From: Blasia pusilla
Taxonomy: Eukaryota
Direction of reading: 5' to 3'
Assembly (NCBI GenBank): GCA_050084515.1
Contig: CM114271.1
Location: forward strand, 33,790,001 to 33,854,000
Length of the DNA: 64,000 nucleotides
In this document: piece after piece, positions 11,517 to 23,600 of the stretch
Layout of the letters: every line of letters begins with the position of its first letter
Position numbering within the stretch: the stretch's first letter is position 1
Position numbers and translations under genes: made by a program
The notes under the pieces: model-generated
Told to the model about the DNA's origin: nothing
Databases searched by the model: none
The model's input: the letters and a program-made list of their open reading frames with translations, nothing else

Positions 11517-14342
11517 ATGGCAACGGCAGCGGCCGTTCTGGCAGTGATTCGTTCCGCAAGGCCCGCGTTCCGATCGGCTCATGATCGTGTTGCGTTCGCC
11601 GTGCATTCGGCTTTCTTAGCAGCGGGTTATTCTCTTTCGGCCGTGGGATCAGCTGCGGGCGATCCTTCTTCTTCCGCGGGATCTGGTACGAGTCTCTTCC
11701 CCTAATTGTGCAGGGCTTTCCGATGGCATGGCAGTGTCGATCGGCAGGAGGACTCGATTTTCGTGATGTGGATGTTAGGTAGCACTAGGGACTAACTCTG
11801 ACGTTGATCTTCTGTCGGTGCGGAGCAGTGGAGACGGAAGTCGGAATCGAGGGCTGGAATGAGCTCGATGGTTATTATGCTTTTCAGTACTCCGATGGCA
11901 ATCAATCGGGTCTGTGTAAGAGTGTCATTTTGAAGTGTACTGCCATGGGGGATCTACTGATGGTGGATGCTACTCCTTTACCTGAAGGCGACGCGCCTTA
12001 CAACCTGGAGATAAAGTACTCTTCAGATACCTTGCCTTCCAATTATCCATCACAGCCCTGTAAATTTATATTTTGCGACCATCCATGTGAGTGGATGGTG
12101 GAGATCTTGGATGTTCCTCCTTATCATAGCTCAGTCTTCGAACTCATGGAAGACATAGATCGTACATGTGGCTGATCGTCTGCGGGAATGGGATTCGGGT
12201 GAATTGTGGCAGGGTCGCTGACTACGCTGTCGACAGCATGACCAGCAACTATGGACAACAATTCTCTGGTTTGGACGGTTTGGTGGAACGTATCAATTCT
12301 TCGATAATTTCAAGGCTTTCACCAGCGGGCCCCGAAACTACAAGCTCTGACACTTCGAAGGCCCCGTCAGCGTACGCTTCCTATCTCATGTGTGATGTAC
12401 ATAGTTCTTAAAGTAATGAGATGCTCTTTCCTCAATCTCCTGGAGAGACCGATTCGTAGATGAGAAAAATGCTTCATTGTGTCTGCCTAACGCCCAAATT
12501 TTAGGTTTAGAAAGTGCGGAAGGATTCTATACAGGCCAGTTCTTTAATGTTCTCCTTTTGGTGCATTCGGCTCATATGGTGTGTTTCGTTCTTTGTCAAT
12601 TCTCTAAGCAGACAGGGTGAACGTGAAAGAGAAGCCAGACAACCTTTAAGAAGTAGCTTGTTGGAGGATCCACCTCGCGGTAGCGGGTTAGTCACCATTT
12701 ATTTATTTTGCCTACATAATTGCAATGCTTCCACTGGTTGTTTCGAGGACACACCAGTGGAAGCATCAAAATTACATTTGGACTCTAGATGTTATTACTG
12801 TATGCCTTTGCTAGTTGCCTGCTGCTCCTTAGCCGCATCTCTTGGCGACCTTGTAACAGCCGTCAGATGACAATTACCATGAGAGAGAATACCCATCCTT
12901 TTGAATTCCCCTTTCTTGTTACATCCAGGTTTGTGTATCCTGAGATTCCTGGGTATGGTGGAAGTGATCTCTTGCCTGGTGGTGGAGCTGGGATTTTTGC
13001 ACCAAGGTTCCTACTTCTCTTTGTTTCCAACTCTCGATGTTTTCTGTATTGTAAAAATTAAATTTCGTGAATCAGACGTCCTTTGGAAAAATGACTTAGG
13101 GCAAAGTGCATTACCTCTAAAATTGGGTAGAAATTCGTAGCGATTGCCAGATTTCTCTCAGTAATGCCATGAGCTGTCTGTTTTACCTGATGAAGCCTTT
13201 TGTCAGGAAAGTTGATATTTAAGCCTTTTGGTGGTTGTTGGTGAGCAGAAGAGATATTGGCGTTGGAGGAGGATCAATGCTTGTTGGTGGGTTCCATTAA
13301 ACTGTTTGAGTGTTACTCTGTTTCATGAGTTCTATCCACCTTTGGTCTGGCTCAACCTTGAACATAAAATATGATCTCTGTTGCTAGCACTTCAAATCCA
13401 TCAGTGTGAATGCTGTAGGCAAGGGACATGACATTTGGTGTAGTCTTCTTATGAGTAAGTGATTTATACTTACAGGGTGGGCTTCTCTACGTATGGACGG
13501 TTGTGTGGTGATTTTCCATCTTTAGGCTTGTGACGTAAATGTTTCTGCTGTCAGTTGCAGACACAAGCCTATGTCTGAACATGCTCACATTGGTTTGATT
13601 CTTTGTGAACAGGGCCTGGTGATCCAAGATGGGGCCGTATGGGAGGAGCCGGGCCACAACCTGGCCTCATTGGAGGTCCCACTCCACCGTAAGACACATT
13701 ATCTCAATGCCACCATATTATACTCAGGGAGCAAACTAGATCCACTGTAAAACTGAGTACAGCAAGTGGCACTTGCTTTGTGAGGAAGATAATTTTCTGG
13801 TATTTTAGACTGCTTGCAGTTCCTCGGTAAATTAGTTCACACTTGCTTCTGGTTTTAGTTTCTCTCATGGAGTCCACTAAATTTGTGCGCCTGCAGAGGG
13901 GTGCCTCCTGGAGCAAGGTTTGATCCATTTGGTCCTCCTGGTGTACCAGGCTTTGAGCCTGGCCGTTTTACGAGGTGAGCATATTATACCAGGTTACTTT
14001 GAAACTGTGACTAAAATTAAGACGTTCATCTGTAGTTGCATTGTGCTACCTTGAGAATTTCACTCGACTATGTGCAGTTGATGGCCACTGTACGATGTTT
14101 CGTGTGTGGATTGTTGCTTTGATAGTAGTTATGCGTCAATGATGTGGAAGACGGGTTTTGTACATGTCGAAAAAATTAGATTCAAGACTCTGCCGGCCAG
14201 TAGGTGAATGTAGGTTTGGGATCTGATGCCATGAGACATATCTTAAGTTTGTAACGGTTAAGCTGTACTTGTATGTGCCAGAGACCCTCGACGACCACCA
14301 GGAGGATCTCATCCTGATCTGGAGCACTTCAATCCTTTCTAG
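11517..14342 (+). CDS. PI31: Proteasome regulator PI31 (PSMF1/PTRE1-like), 9 exons, 306 aa
   Basis: Exons 11517-11685, 11829-12015, 12213-12371, 12612-12686, 12929-13006, 13249-13286, 13613-13688, 13897-13974, 14282-14342. All introns GT-AG and in frame (921 nt). FP-domain N-terminus (RPAFRSAHDRVAFAVHSAFLAAGY, VGIEGWNE); Pro/Gly-rich tail with GGSDLLPG, SMLVGPGDPRW, VPPGARFDPFGPP and HPDLEHF. Confidence 0.93.
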
Positions 14343-15540
14343 CTGGCTGGCTACGGATGACATGCTATTGTCTAGTAGGAACAGTTGGTGACGCAGGGTT
14401 ACTTCTTGTAAGATACTAACACCAGAAAGATAGAGCAGATAGATAGGATCCAGTAGGCAAATGGACCATATTATTTCTGCATGCACAGAGGATGTAGTGT
14501 ATAGTCGTGAGTAGAGTTGTGAAGAGTACAGAAATGTTAACTGTCGACCTAGACGTGTAATTGAAAACTAAGAATGTACAGTCTTCAAAGAGCTGTTTCA
14601 CAATTTGTGAGTGTCCACTGTATCACCGGCCATTCAACGGCTGCATCAGAGAATGGCCTTGAACTCCAAGCCTTGCGTACATGATTGCTCAGAAGGTTTG
14701 GCGATATGCCAATGGGACAGAGATAGTTTCTGGCCATTTAACAATTGCATCAGAGAATTGGACTATATTAATGAGAACCAGTGGCCGGCCCGGCTGTAGT
14801 GAATCTACTCAAGTGATACTTAAGCACATGGCATGATGCGCCCATCCTTGTAGCGAGACCTTTAATCCTTTTGGCTTATGGGAGTATTTTTGTATTATAC
14901 TTGCTCAAAAATATCGGTTTAGTTATTTTTTGGGCTAGTTCACTTTTTGAACTCAAGCACAGTGTGGGTTGTGCTCGGTCGGGAAGTTGTGTCCTATGCG
15001 AATAGGACATAAAGATGGATTCTGCAATTCTTTCAGAGATCCAAAACCTTTTCTTGTTGGTGGTGTTTTGATTTGAGATTTTCGCTTGTAGGCTGAAGTT
15101 TTTGCTTCCAGAATCTGGTCTGCCAAAATTGTGATGGGGATAGCACATTAGTAGTCGAGTGGAAAAGCGTTGTGATGTGACTCTCTTATGGTATCTGTGT
15201 TTTTTGTAACTCCAAACTCCTCTATCAAGATTTTGATGGTGGCACAACACTTGGATGTAAGGAAAAGCTTGTACTGGTGGTTCTGTTGTGCTACCCCTGT
15301 TTCGTGCAATTACATTTGAAGAAATGTGTTGAAAAGTAAAGAATGGCTGTTGGAAGTTCATAAGATTTATCGTGCAGACCCCAAATTTGGCATGTCAAGA
15401 GTGAGCGTCCATGAAAAACATCTGCAGAGCAAGAGGGTTTTCCTGAAATTTTTTTGGTCAATATACTTGAAGCTAACGCACTCCACCTTGACAGAGATGC
15501 GAGGTGTTGGGCGTCTCATATTTAAGCTCTGGTGGAACAA

Positions 15541-15678
15541 GTCTAGTCATTTAGTTTTCTCGTTGAGGTTCACACGGTGCGAGTGAATTGTGAAGTCTCA
15601 CTCAAGTCTAGTCAGTAAGTTTTCTTGTTGAGGTTGTGAACGGTCCGGGAGCTGTGACATGAATTGTGAAGTCTAGTG
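15541..15678. repeat. ~65-bp tandem duplication
   Basis: GTCTAGTCA...AGTTTTCTYGTTGAGGTT...TGAATTGTGAAGTCT occurs twice. Confidence 0.75.
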
Positions 15679-17069
15679 AGAAGGAAAGAGAGTCTAGGAA
15701 CAATTCCTTTCAAGTGTAGCAAGGAATTGTTCATGTTATCAGTAATTTGTATCTTCTCTTATCACGAGGAAGAGAGTTTATTTGAAATTGAAACTTAGTT
15801 GAGTGATTGGAAATAAGACTAAGAAAACCTGTGGTGTATGAGGAATGGTTTAAATTATTCGTCATTATTTTGAATGCAGAATGGACCGCAAAGTGTAAAA
15901 ATTATATTCTTATTGGCTTAAAATCATATATTCGAAAATGAAAGAGAATTCTCTTATGGATATATATTATTATTGATCTGCAAACACTTTTTATTGGTAT
16001 ATGACATTTGAGCAATAGAAAAAAATATAATTTATATACAATATAATTATTTCTTTCACCATGCTAGCCATCAAATAATTTTTTATCAACTCATCAAATA
16101 ATTATATATTTTCCGGTGTACATGGCATGGCACATTAGTAGTGTTTTCATGTTACAAACAGCGAATATATTCGTAACAAGTATATCATAAAAATATTATG
16201 AATGTGTCTTGAACTTCCGAACCATGAGCTCCATGTATAACGTGAGATCTGAAATTGTACACTCGAAAATAATAAGCGGGGGTCCCGAGATGGAGGACCT
16301 CAATTCAAACGTTGTCCTTATTTCCACTTGGATGGATGGACGGACATCCATCCCTATGGCCTAGCGTCCCTATGTTTGTAACAAAGATCCATCTCAGTTG
16401 GATAGGTGTCATCCCTCTTCTCTATGGAGAGAGGGTCTTGAATTCCTACGATTATCAGTCTTTTTCAAAATCAATTCACCTCAAATTTTATCATGCAATA
16501 TTTTAAACATATTGAATCTTCGTTATAATTTGTTTTTAAAATACGTATAGATATTAAAAATCATGCAATATAATTATTTAATAAGTGCTATTATATAGAG
16601 TTTGAATGTTTCTCACAAAAGAAGTTTTGCCATGCACGGGAAATTGCGAGTTGAAGTTTAGGCTGTAGACAGTCACAGAATGCGCGTACGACGCCCCACT
16701 CGCATGTAATCGCGAACGTCGTGAGCTGTCGCGGACGGAGAGGAGAGCGTCCATTTGAACGCCACTCTTTGGTTCATGCGACCGACTGTCGATACTGTAT
16801 GCACAGTGGAATGGCACTCGGCGGACGGACACTCTGATCATGAAACACCCAGCGCTTTCGGAGACGGACGAAGAATGGGCGGTCGCCTCCGGAGCTTTCT
16901 TCAGCGCATCCCCTTCCACGGCTGCTGCCGCAGCACCATTCCTGCGCACTCGCTTCAGATTCACAGGCTTGGAATCCCGCCCGCGGTAGATCGGAGAGAC
17001 AGAGGCCCGTGCAAGAGCTTCGCTCGTGTACTGGCAAGTCCGCGTTCTGCTGTCTCGGCGCTCGAGCAC

Positions 17070-17700
17070 CATGAAGATATGGCGACGTGAGAGCAATGGA
17101 GGAGTGAATGCGGCTGGAGGCGGTTGCGTTTGGAATGGAGAAGAGCGAAGCAGAGCGGCATGTAGATATTGCGACGTGAGAAGAATGGAGGAGTGAATGC
17201 GGACGGACGTCGGCGCGGATGTGTATGGAGAGACCGAAAATGGAGAAGAGCGAAGCAGAGCAGCATGAAGACATGGCGACGCGAGAGGAATGGAGGAGTG
17301 AATGCGGACAGACGTTGGCAGATGAGTGAGGGAACACAGAAAATTGAGAAGAGCAGCAGTCTGAGCTGAGCAGTACGTAGACATGGCGACGTGAGAATAA
17401 TGGAGGAGTGACTGTGGACATTGGCAGTTGCGCTTGGAAATACCGATAACGGAGACAAGCGAAGCAGATCAGCATGTAGATACGCCGACGTGAGAGGAAT
17501 GGAGGAGTGAATGCGGACGTTGGCAGATGAGTGAGGAAAGATCGAAAATTGAGAAGAGCAGCATGTAGATATGGCGACGTGAGAAGAATGGAGGAGTAGT
17601 GACTGCGGACGTTGACAGCTGCGTGAGGAAAGATCGAAAATGGAGAACAGCAGCGTGTAAATATGGCAGTGTGAGAAGAATGGAGGACTGGAGAATGCGT
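17070..17700. repeat. Tandem array of 7 units (89-111 bp): conserved ~43-bp core with variable linkers
   Basis: Core ATGTAGATATGGCGACGTGAGAAGAATGGAGGAGTGAATGCGG at ~17071, 17160, 17264, 17375, 17474, 17563 and 17655 (last copy degenerate). Confidence 0.92.
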
Positions 17701-18058
17701 AAATTATCGCGGGGAAAGGCAGACAATGGAGCTGAGCAGTCGGTGATCGGTGCACCTGAATGACCGATGGCGGTTTCTAGAATGTAATCGACTTCTACCG
17801 ACGCAAGCTACCGTGCTTGGACTCATAGCCCGGAGCTGAGTGGTTTTCAATCGTTTCATTCATCAAGCTCGCTATGATATGTAGATCATGTGGACTTCAA
17901 TTTCGGAAGGTCTCCAATTGGTGAAGAGGCGAGTTCTTTGCGATCGAGTTGGAGGAAGTCTCATACCGGTGGCGGGATCTGGTGATTGAGGCCGCGAATT
18001 GTGTATGTGCATGCACAGATAGAGCTTAACCAAGGCATTCGAGGGCCGCAAGAAGATC

Positions 18059-18502
18059 ATGACAAAGGTGAATTCGAGGGTGGCGTTTTGGGTGGAATCG
18101 GCCATGTACTTCGCTCTGGCGGCGATGCTGCTGGTACCTTTCGTGTGCTGCTTGATCCGCTTCTTCCGCAGGCGAATACAGATGAGGCGAACGCACCTGC
18201 GTCTCGCTAATCTTTCATGGCCAACATCAAGTGATCCCGTAGCACTCGTCTTACCAAGATGTCAGCGTCGGGCGTCTCAGTCTGAGAATGAAACGCAGTC
18301 AGCAGCAGCAGCAGCTGCTGTCTCGAGTGCTTTAGATCGGAGCCTACCTCCACTCCCCCTGGCCAGCACCTGCACGCAGTCACAAGAACCGGCGGCTACA
18401 TTGGCTCTTGGTCACACAGTGAGGGATCGATCTCTACCTCTGCCTACTCGCGTCGAAAGCGTTCAGGATGATTTGCAGTTCGTAGAGCTCGGAAACGCCT
18501 GA
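18059..18502 (+). CDS. Putative orphan single-pass membrane protein (147 aa); may have upstream exon(s)
   Basis: ATG-initiated ORF with one hydrophobic segment (AMYFALAAMLLVPFVCCLI) followed by RFFRRR (positive-inside rule) and a disordered Ser/Pro/Ala tail. No family recognised. Confidence 0.5.
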   Translation: MTKVNSRVAFWVESAMYFALAAMLLVPFVCCLIRFFRRRIQMRRTHLRLANLSWPTSSDPVALVLPRCQRRASQSENETQSAAAAAAVSSALDRSLPPLPLASTCTQSQEPAATLALGHTVRDRSLPLPTRVESVQDDLQFVELGNA

Positions 18503-20698
18503 CTTCTCCAGGTTCTGCGGCAGGCTCAGCTTGAATCATTCACGTTCGTGCATCTAAATGATTCTGCGCCATAACTTGCAGCTGATCTAAGCGCTTCCGC
18601 AGCGCCTTTTTCCTCCTGTCGAAAATATCCCACAGATTCACGCCCCGCAGCACGTCTGCAACCAAATCCTGAAAACTACAGGTGGCCATGAATTTATCGA
18701 TCGCGAGTCCTGCTCACCCAGGCCACATCGCCTCATGACTTCATCGTCACTCTCGCAGCGAAAATTTCCCTCAAGTTCATCATTTGTTGTCTCTATGGCG
18801 CAAATCTACGCATGTAAATAGTGAGCCGCAAGTTCCACCTGAAGTAGGCATCTCCACAGCAACTCTTTCTCCTGACGATTTGCAGAAGTGGATTCTGCAG
18901 CAATTCGTGATTACAATTGTAACCGCATCATCCACTCTCACGCTGACCTACGATTGCACTGCGTGCTGCTGTATACCATTGATCAAATTGACGAGAAATT
19001 AGAAACTGTTGCTCGCTGTGATCAACTTAATTGAACTTGTAGACAGGTGCGTAATAATAGATTACACCAGCACACATTTTGCGGAAGCACATGCTCCAGA
19101 TTGCAATGAATGGCGAGTCCCGTTTTCTGTCAATCCGCATTCAAATTATGCAGTTACATAATTTGAACATGTCGCAGAGAGCGCGCATTCTCTCAAAGAA
19201 ACCCACGCAGTTGAGGAAAGCGCTCGCCGTAAGCGCACAGTACTCGAACTCTCCTCTCCAACAGCGCGTGCCCGCGTCGCCACACCTCTAGAAAAAGATC
19301 CGCCCAAAGCTCTCCCATCGACGACGAAGTAGTTAGTTAATAAAAATTAATCTCTTCCCCTCGGGCCCTCACGTGTTATATATTAATTTTTAAGACATTT
19401 TTTATTTTCGCACCGGCAGCTTACTAATATGTAAAAGAGAAAATAAATTTTAAGAAAAAAAATAAAAAAATTCATGTATGTATCACCCGCGCGACTGACT
19501 TATATGCTTAAAATATCATCAACATTTATAATACCATGAAGTCTTTTCATTCACATGAATTTATTCTTCTTAAGAGATTTTTTTTAACAACGATAAGGAG
19601 AAGATTTGAAATTTCAATGAATAAAAATGCGGTTTGTTTTCTAATTTTTTTATATTGAAATATTCCTATTCTCCTTTCAATTCTACCATGTTACCCTCCT
19701 TCAATCAACTTTCCTATTTTGAAAATATTTTATATCGAAACATGGGAACGTGGGAACGGTTTTTCAAGTTTAGATATAATCATGAGGAAGAGTTTATCAA
19801 AATTTTGGGAAAAAATATAAACGTTGGATCAAAGACAGTTTATTTTGACACCTCTATGCAGAAGTGCCAACACTAAGGACCTATTACGCCCCCTACCTTC
19901 ACAAGCATTCCCTCTACCGAAGGCCAAAATCGAAGTTGAAGTGTGCAAAATGCCATGGTGATCTCGAACACTCATAAACTTTACATCATCTGAATGTGTT
20001 TTTTTACATTTGATTGGTTCGAAGCCCTCAAAGCTTGTAGACTAGATCAAGATCTACCCATTGCTAGGTGTGGGTTGGAGCTCCATGAAACATGTGCATT
20101 GACAAAAATAACATACATTTTGTTTCGTAGCCCTACAAAGATTTACCCACCCACAGGAAACTCGTCATCGATCGAACCGCGTTCTCAGCACTCCTTAAGA
20201 TGGAGAGACACCCACCACTTCATCGAAGTTCTACACTCGTGACAAGTCCACTCTAAAGGAGATCCAAAGAATGCCATTGTGAAAACGTTCATCTAGCTTA
20301 GTATTAGTGCTACATAATCAAGCCCACTTTTACTAAATTTTCAGGTTATTGTTCGAAATTAGTTGGGTTCTAAGTCACAAAAGTAACCCACTTTTGGAAC
20401 CCACTCACGTTTTAGCAAAGATTGCCAGCATGTGCAAATCGGCCTTTTTTTGGTCATGAATTCCTTCCCCTCAAAGCATGGCAAGGGCTATGGCAAGGCA
20501 TGGTTCGAATGCTGTGGTGTGGAAATTAAGGTGAATGGTCGAAGAATGGAAGTTCTAAGTTGCAGCTGTTGGAAGAATCTGGTGAGACAGAGTGGTGCGT
20601 CCATGCCATGAATGGCGAGGTGAGGAGCTTAAAATTGTGTCGAATCTGGTCCTATCGGTTAAATCAATCATAGTTGTAGTAGAGGTAGTAGAAGTAGT

Positions 20699-23600
20699 TT
20701 AGCGATTTTGGAAGTTGATATATTTGATGGCAAGCATGAAGACTATAGCGAAAAGAACTGGGAATATCGCCAACATCACTCCCACAACGGGCAGGAAGCT
20801 GTGATTGAAACCGAAGTTGTCTCTGAGGAATTCCTCCACGGTTTGAAAGGTGCCATCTGAGAGCTTCACATTGCTATGCACATCTCCAAATTGTGAGGTG
20901 ATGAGACCATAGATGGTCCAAGCCACTGGACTCAGCCAGTAGTACCATATCCACCAGCCTGGAATTCTCTGGAAAATCGAGACCACAGCCATTCAAATCG
21001 TCAGAATGATGCAAGCAGTGGCAGCGAATTCCAAGAAGTCTCATGTGTAGAGTCAGGAGAATGAATTACATGTCTCATTCTATGTGCTGTTCCTCAAGAC
21101 CAGACCTTCTGGGCTCTCATATCCCCAAGTCATGTAACTCCACTCTGTGATCGTCAGAACGATTCTCAACTTTCACAACTATGGCACCGACTTGCAAGCA
21201 GTCTCATTTCTAAATTCAGCAGAACAAAGTCCAGCTCGTCTCATAGATATGCGTCCCAACCTCTTCTGGACTTTCATGTCCACTTAGTTATGTGACTCCA
21301 CGCTCAAATCGTTAGAACGATTCTCAACTTTCACAACTAAGGCACCGACTTGCAAGCAGTCTCACGTCCCCATTTTTTCATGCAGTCTCGGCATTTTACA
21401 ATGCTAACTTCGAATGCTCTTGCTTCCTTTCATTTAAGCAGGCAGCACCGAACTGAGGACATGAATGCACCATGAAAAGTGGTAGCTTGCTTACCGGCTT
21501 GAAGATCATGAAACCGGAGAAGAGATTCCAGATCATGTAGAAGAAGGCAGACATAACCGCAGCAAGGTGGTGATTTGGTGTGAGGCCGACTGCCATCATC
21601 CCATAGAAGGTGAAGTAGAGGAATGTCGTGAGCATAACGTAGGCATACCACAAGAACTTTGCAGCCGTCCACTCGAGCCCAATCATAGCATAAGTCAGCG
21701 ATGAATAAATCATCGTTTGGAGAAAGCAGTAGGGAAATTCGATCAGAACCTGCCATTCCAACAAACCTACGTTAGACCCAACCTATACCCAAACCATTCA
21801 CTTCAAGTCCAAAGCAAGATCGAACTCCAGTACTTCGCCATGGGTGGTGGACTTGAATCTAGAGAGACTCTTGCTTCACAAACCATCTCTCACTCCGTGT
21901 GTGCAGACCAGATGGAGATGGAGATGAGATGGAGATGCAATCTAAAATCCCTCAGCCATCCAGTTTGAGCTAGAGGTGAGATCTGTGGTACCTGAGCTAT
22001 GGCATATGGAACAGCCGAGTACATTCCAGCAGCTCGTTCTCTGTAGAAGACCGTGCGCTCTGTGGCCACTACGGGCTGCACTGTAGAAGAATTGTTGACA
22101 CCAATAAACAGAACAGCTCCAAGCATTGCACCCATGATGCTAAATATGCTGCCTTGCGAACCACTGCATATGTGTGACAATCGATCAGTCAGAAACTGCT
22201 TGGGAGGGACCCGACTTCGATCATGAGGTGTGCAGCAGTAAAAACTTCACCACATGCGAAAATAGAAGTCGTTTAGACTGTCCAACTGCGGGTCTTGGAA
22301 GAGAAATCGTCACGATTGGGAAGACTTTGATGCGAGAAAGAGGTGAGAGCTCACCGTTTGTGCCCCATCTGCCAGAAGATGGTACCAAAGAGAAACGCTG
22401 CGAATGTGGTGAAAACGAAGCGCACGTTATTGTATTGAGGGCTGCGCCAGTAGGTGATATTCTGCTTCCAAAGGCAAGCCTGGACTTGAGTGAAGAACGG
22501 CTGTGAATATTGTGTGTCGAACCATAGATCCTTCGATTGTGGTGAAGGCTTACTGAGCTCTTGAACCAGAGCCTTGTTCCGCCTGAACATCGAACAGACA
22601 TGTCATTTGCTAATTGAGTCTTGCTGCTTGCAAGTCTATGAGTTGGGCATTCATTTCAAGAGCTCCAGCACTCTCGTAAAATGGAGTGATATGTCCAAGA
22701 AGAATACTCAAACTTTCATGGACTGGAGGTTCAAGAGGCTCACTGGTACAGCTCCGATTTTTCATAAATTTCTGCGAAATCCATCTGCAGCCGTTGCTCA
22801 ACCCCTGGGGAGGAGACATCCAACATCCACGTAGCCGGATTGTAGCCTTCCTTGATCTTGGGCACGCCAGGTATAGACTGCACATGCATACAGAGACAGA
22901 CAGTTTTATCGTCTGTTTCTCCAGTTCCATTGAAACAAACCCTCGACCTATCGACACTGAACTTTGAAGAATCAGATCGAGCAGAACGACGACAAGGCTA
23001 GTCATTCTGGTGCACACAAAGGCTCTTGGAGTTGGAGCTTTTGGCCCAGATAGAGGTCCTCACCTCGAAGTACTCCACCAGCTTGCGAGAGTGTCGCCCC
23101 AAGTGCCCAGCGTAGATGACTTGCCCACCGCGCTTCATGAGCAGCAGCTGTCAAGAGATGGAGATCACGAAGTTCGATCAGTTGGTCTAAGCTCCGGAGG
23201 CTTTTTGGGATGTCAGCAGCAGCAACCGGGAGACATTGAAAGATAGAGATCACAAAGCTCGATCAGTTGGTCTAAGCTTTGGAGGCTTTTTGGGATGTCA
23301 GCAGCAGCAACCGGAAGACATTGAAAGATAGAGATCACAAAGCTCGATCAGTTGGTCTAAGATTTGGAGGCTTTTTGGATGTTAGCAGCAGCAATCGGGA
23401 GAAACTGAAAGATAAAGATCACAAAGTTCGATCAGTCGGTCTAAGCTCTGAAGGCTTCTCTAGATGTAAGCAGCAACAACCGGGAGAAATTGAAATAAGG
23501 AGATCGCAAAGTTAGATCAGTAGGTCTAAGCTCAGGAGATCTTGGATGTCAGCAGCAGCAAGTGGAAAGATTGAGATCACAAAGTTAGCCTCAGCTCTAG

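Noticed and set aside
17070-17700. CRISPR-like repeat-spacer appearance
   Set aside because: The linkers are homologous to each other, the cores are degenerate and non-palindromic, there are no cas genes, and the context is plant nuclear DNA.
16578-17755. Three overlapping long minus-strand ORFs (233-268 aa)
   Set aside because: Open frames are explained by the stop-poor repeat unit; the products are repetitive with no recognisable domain.
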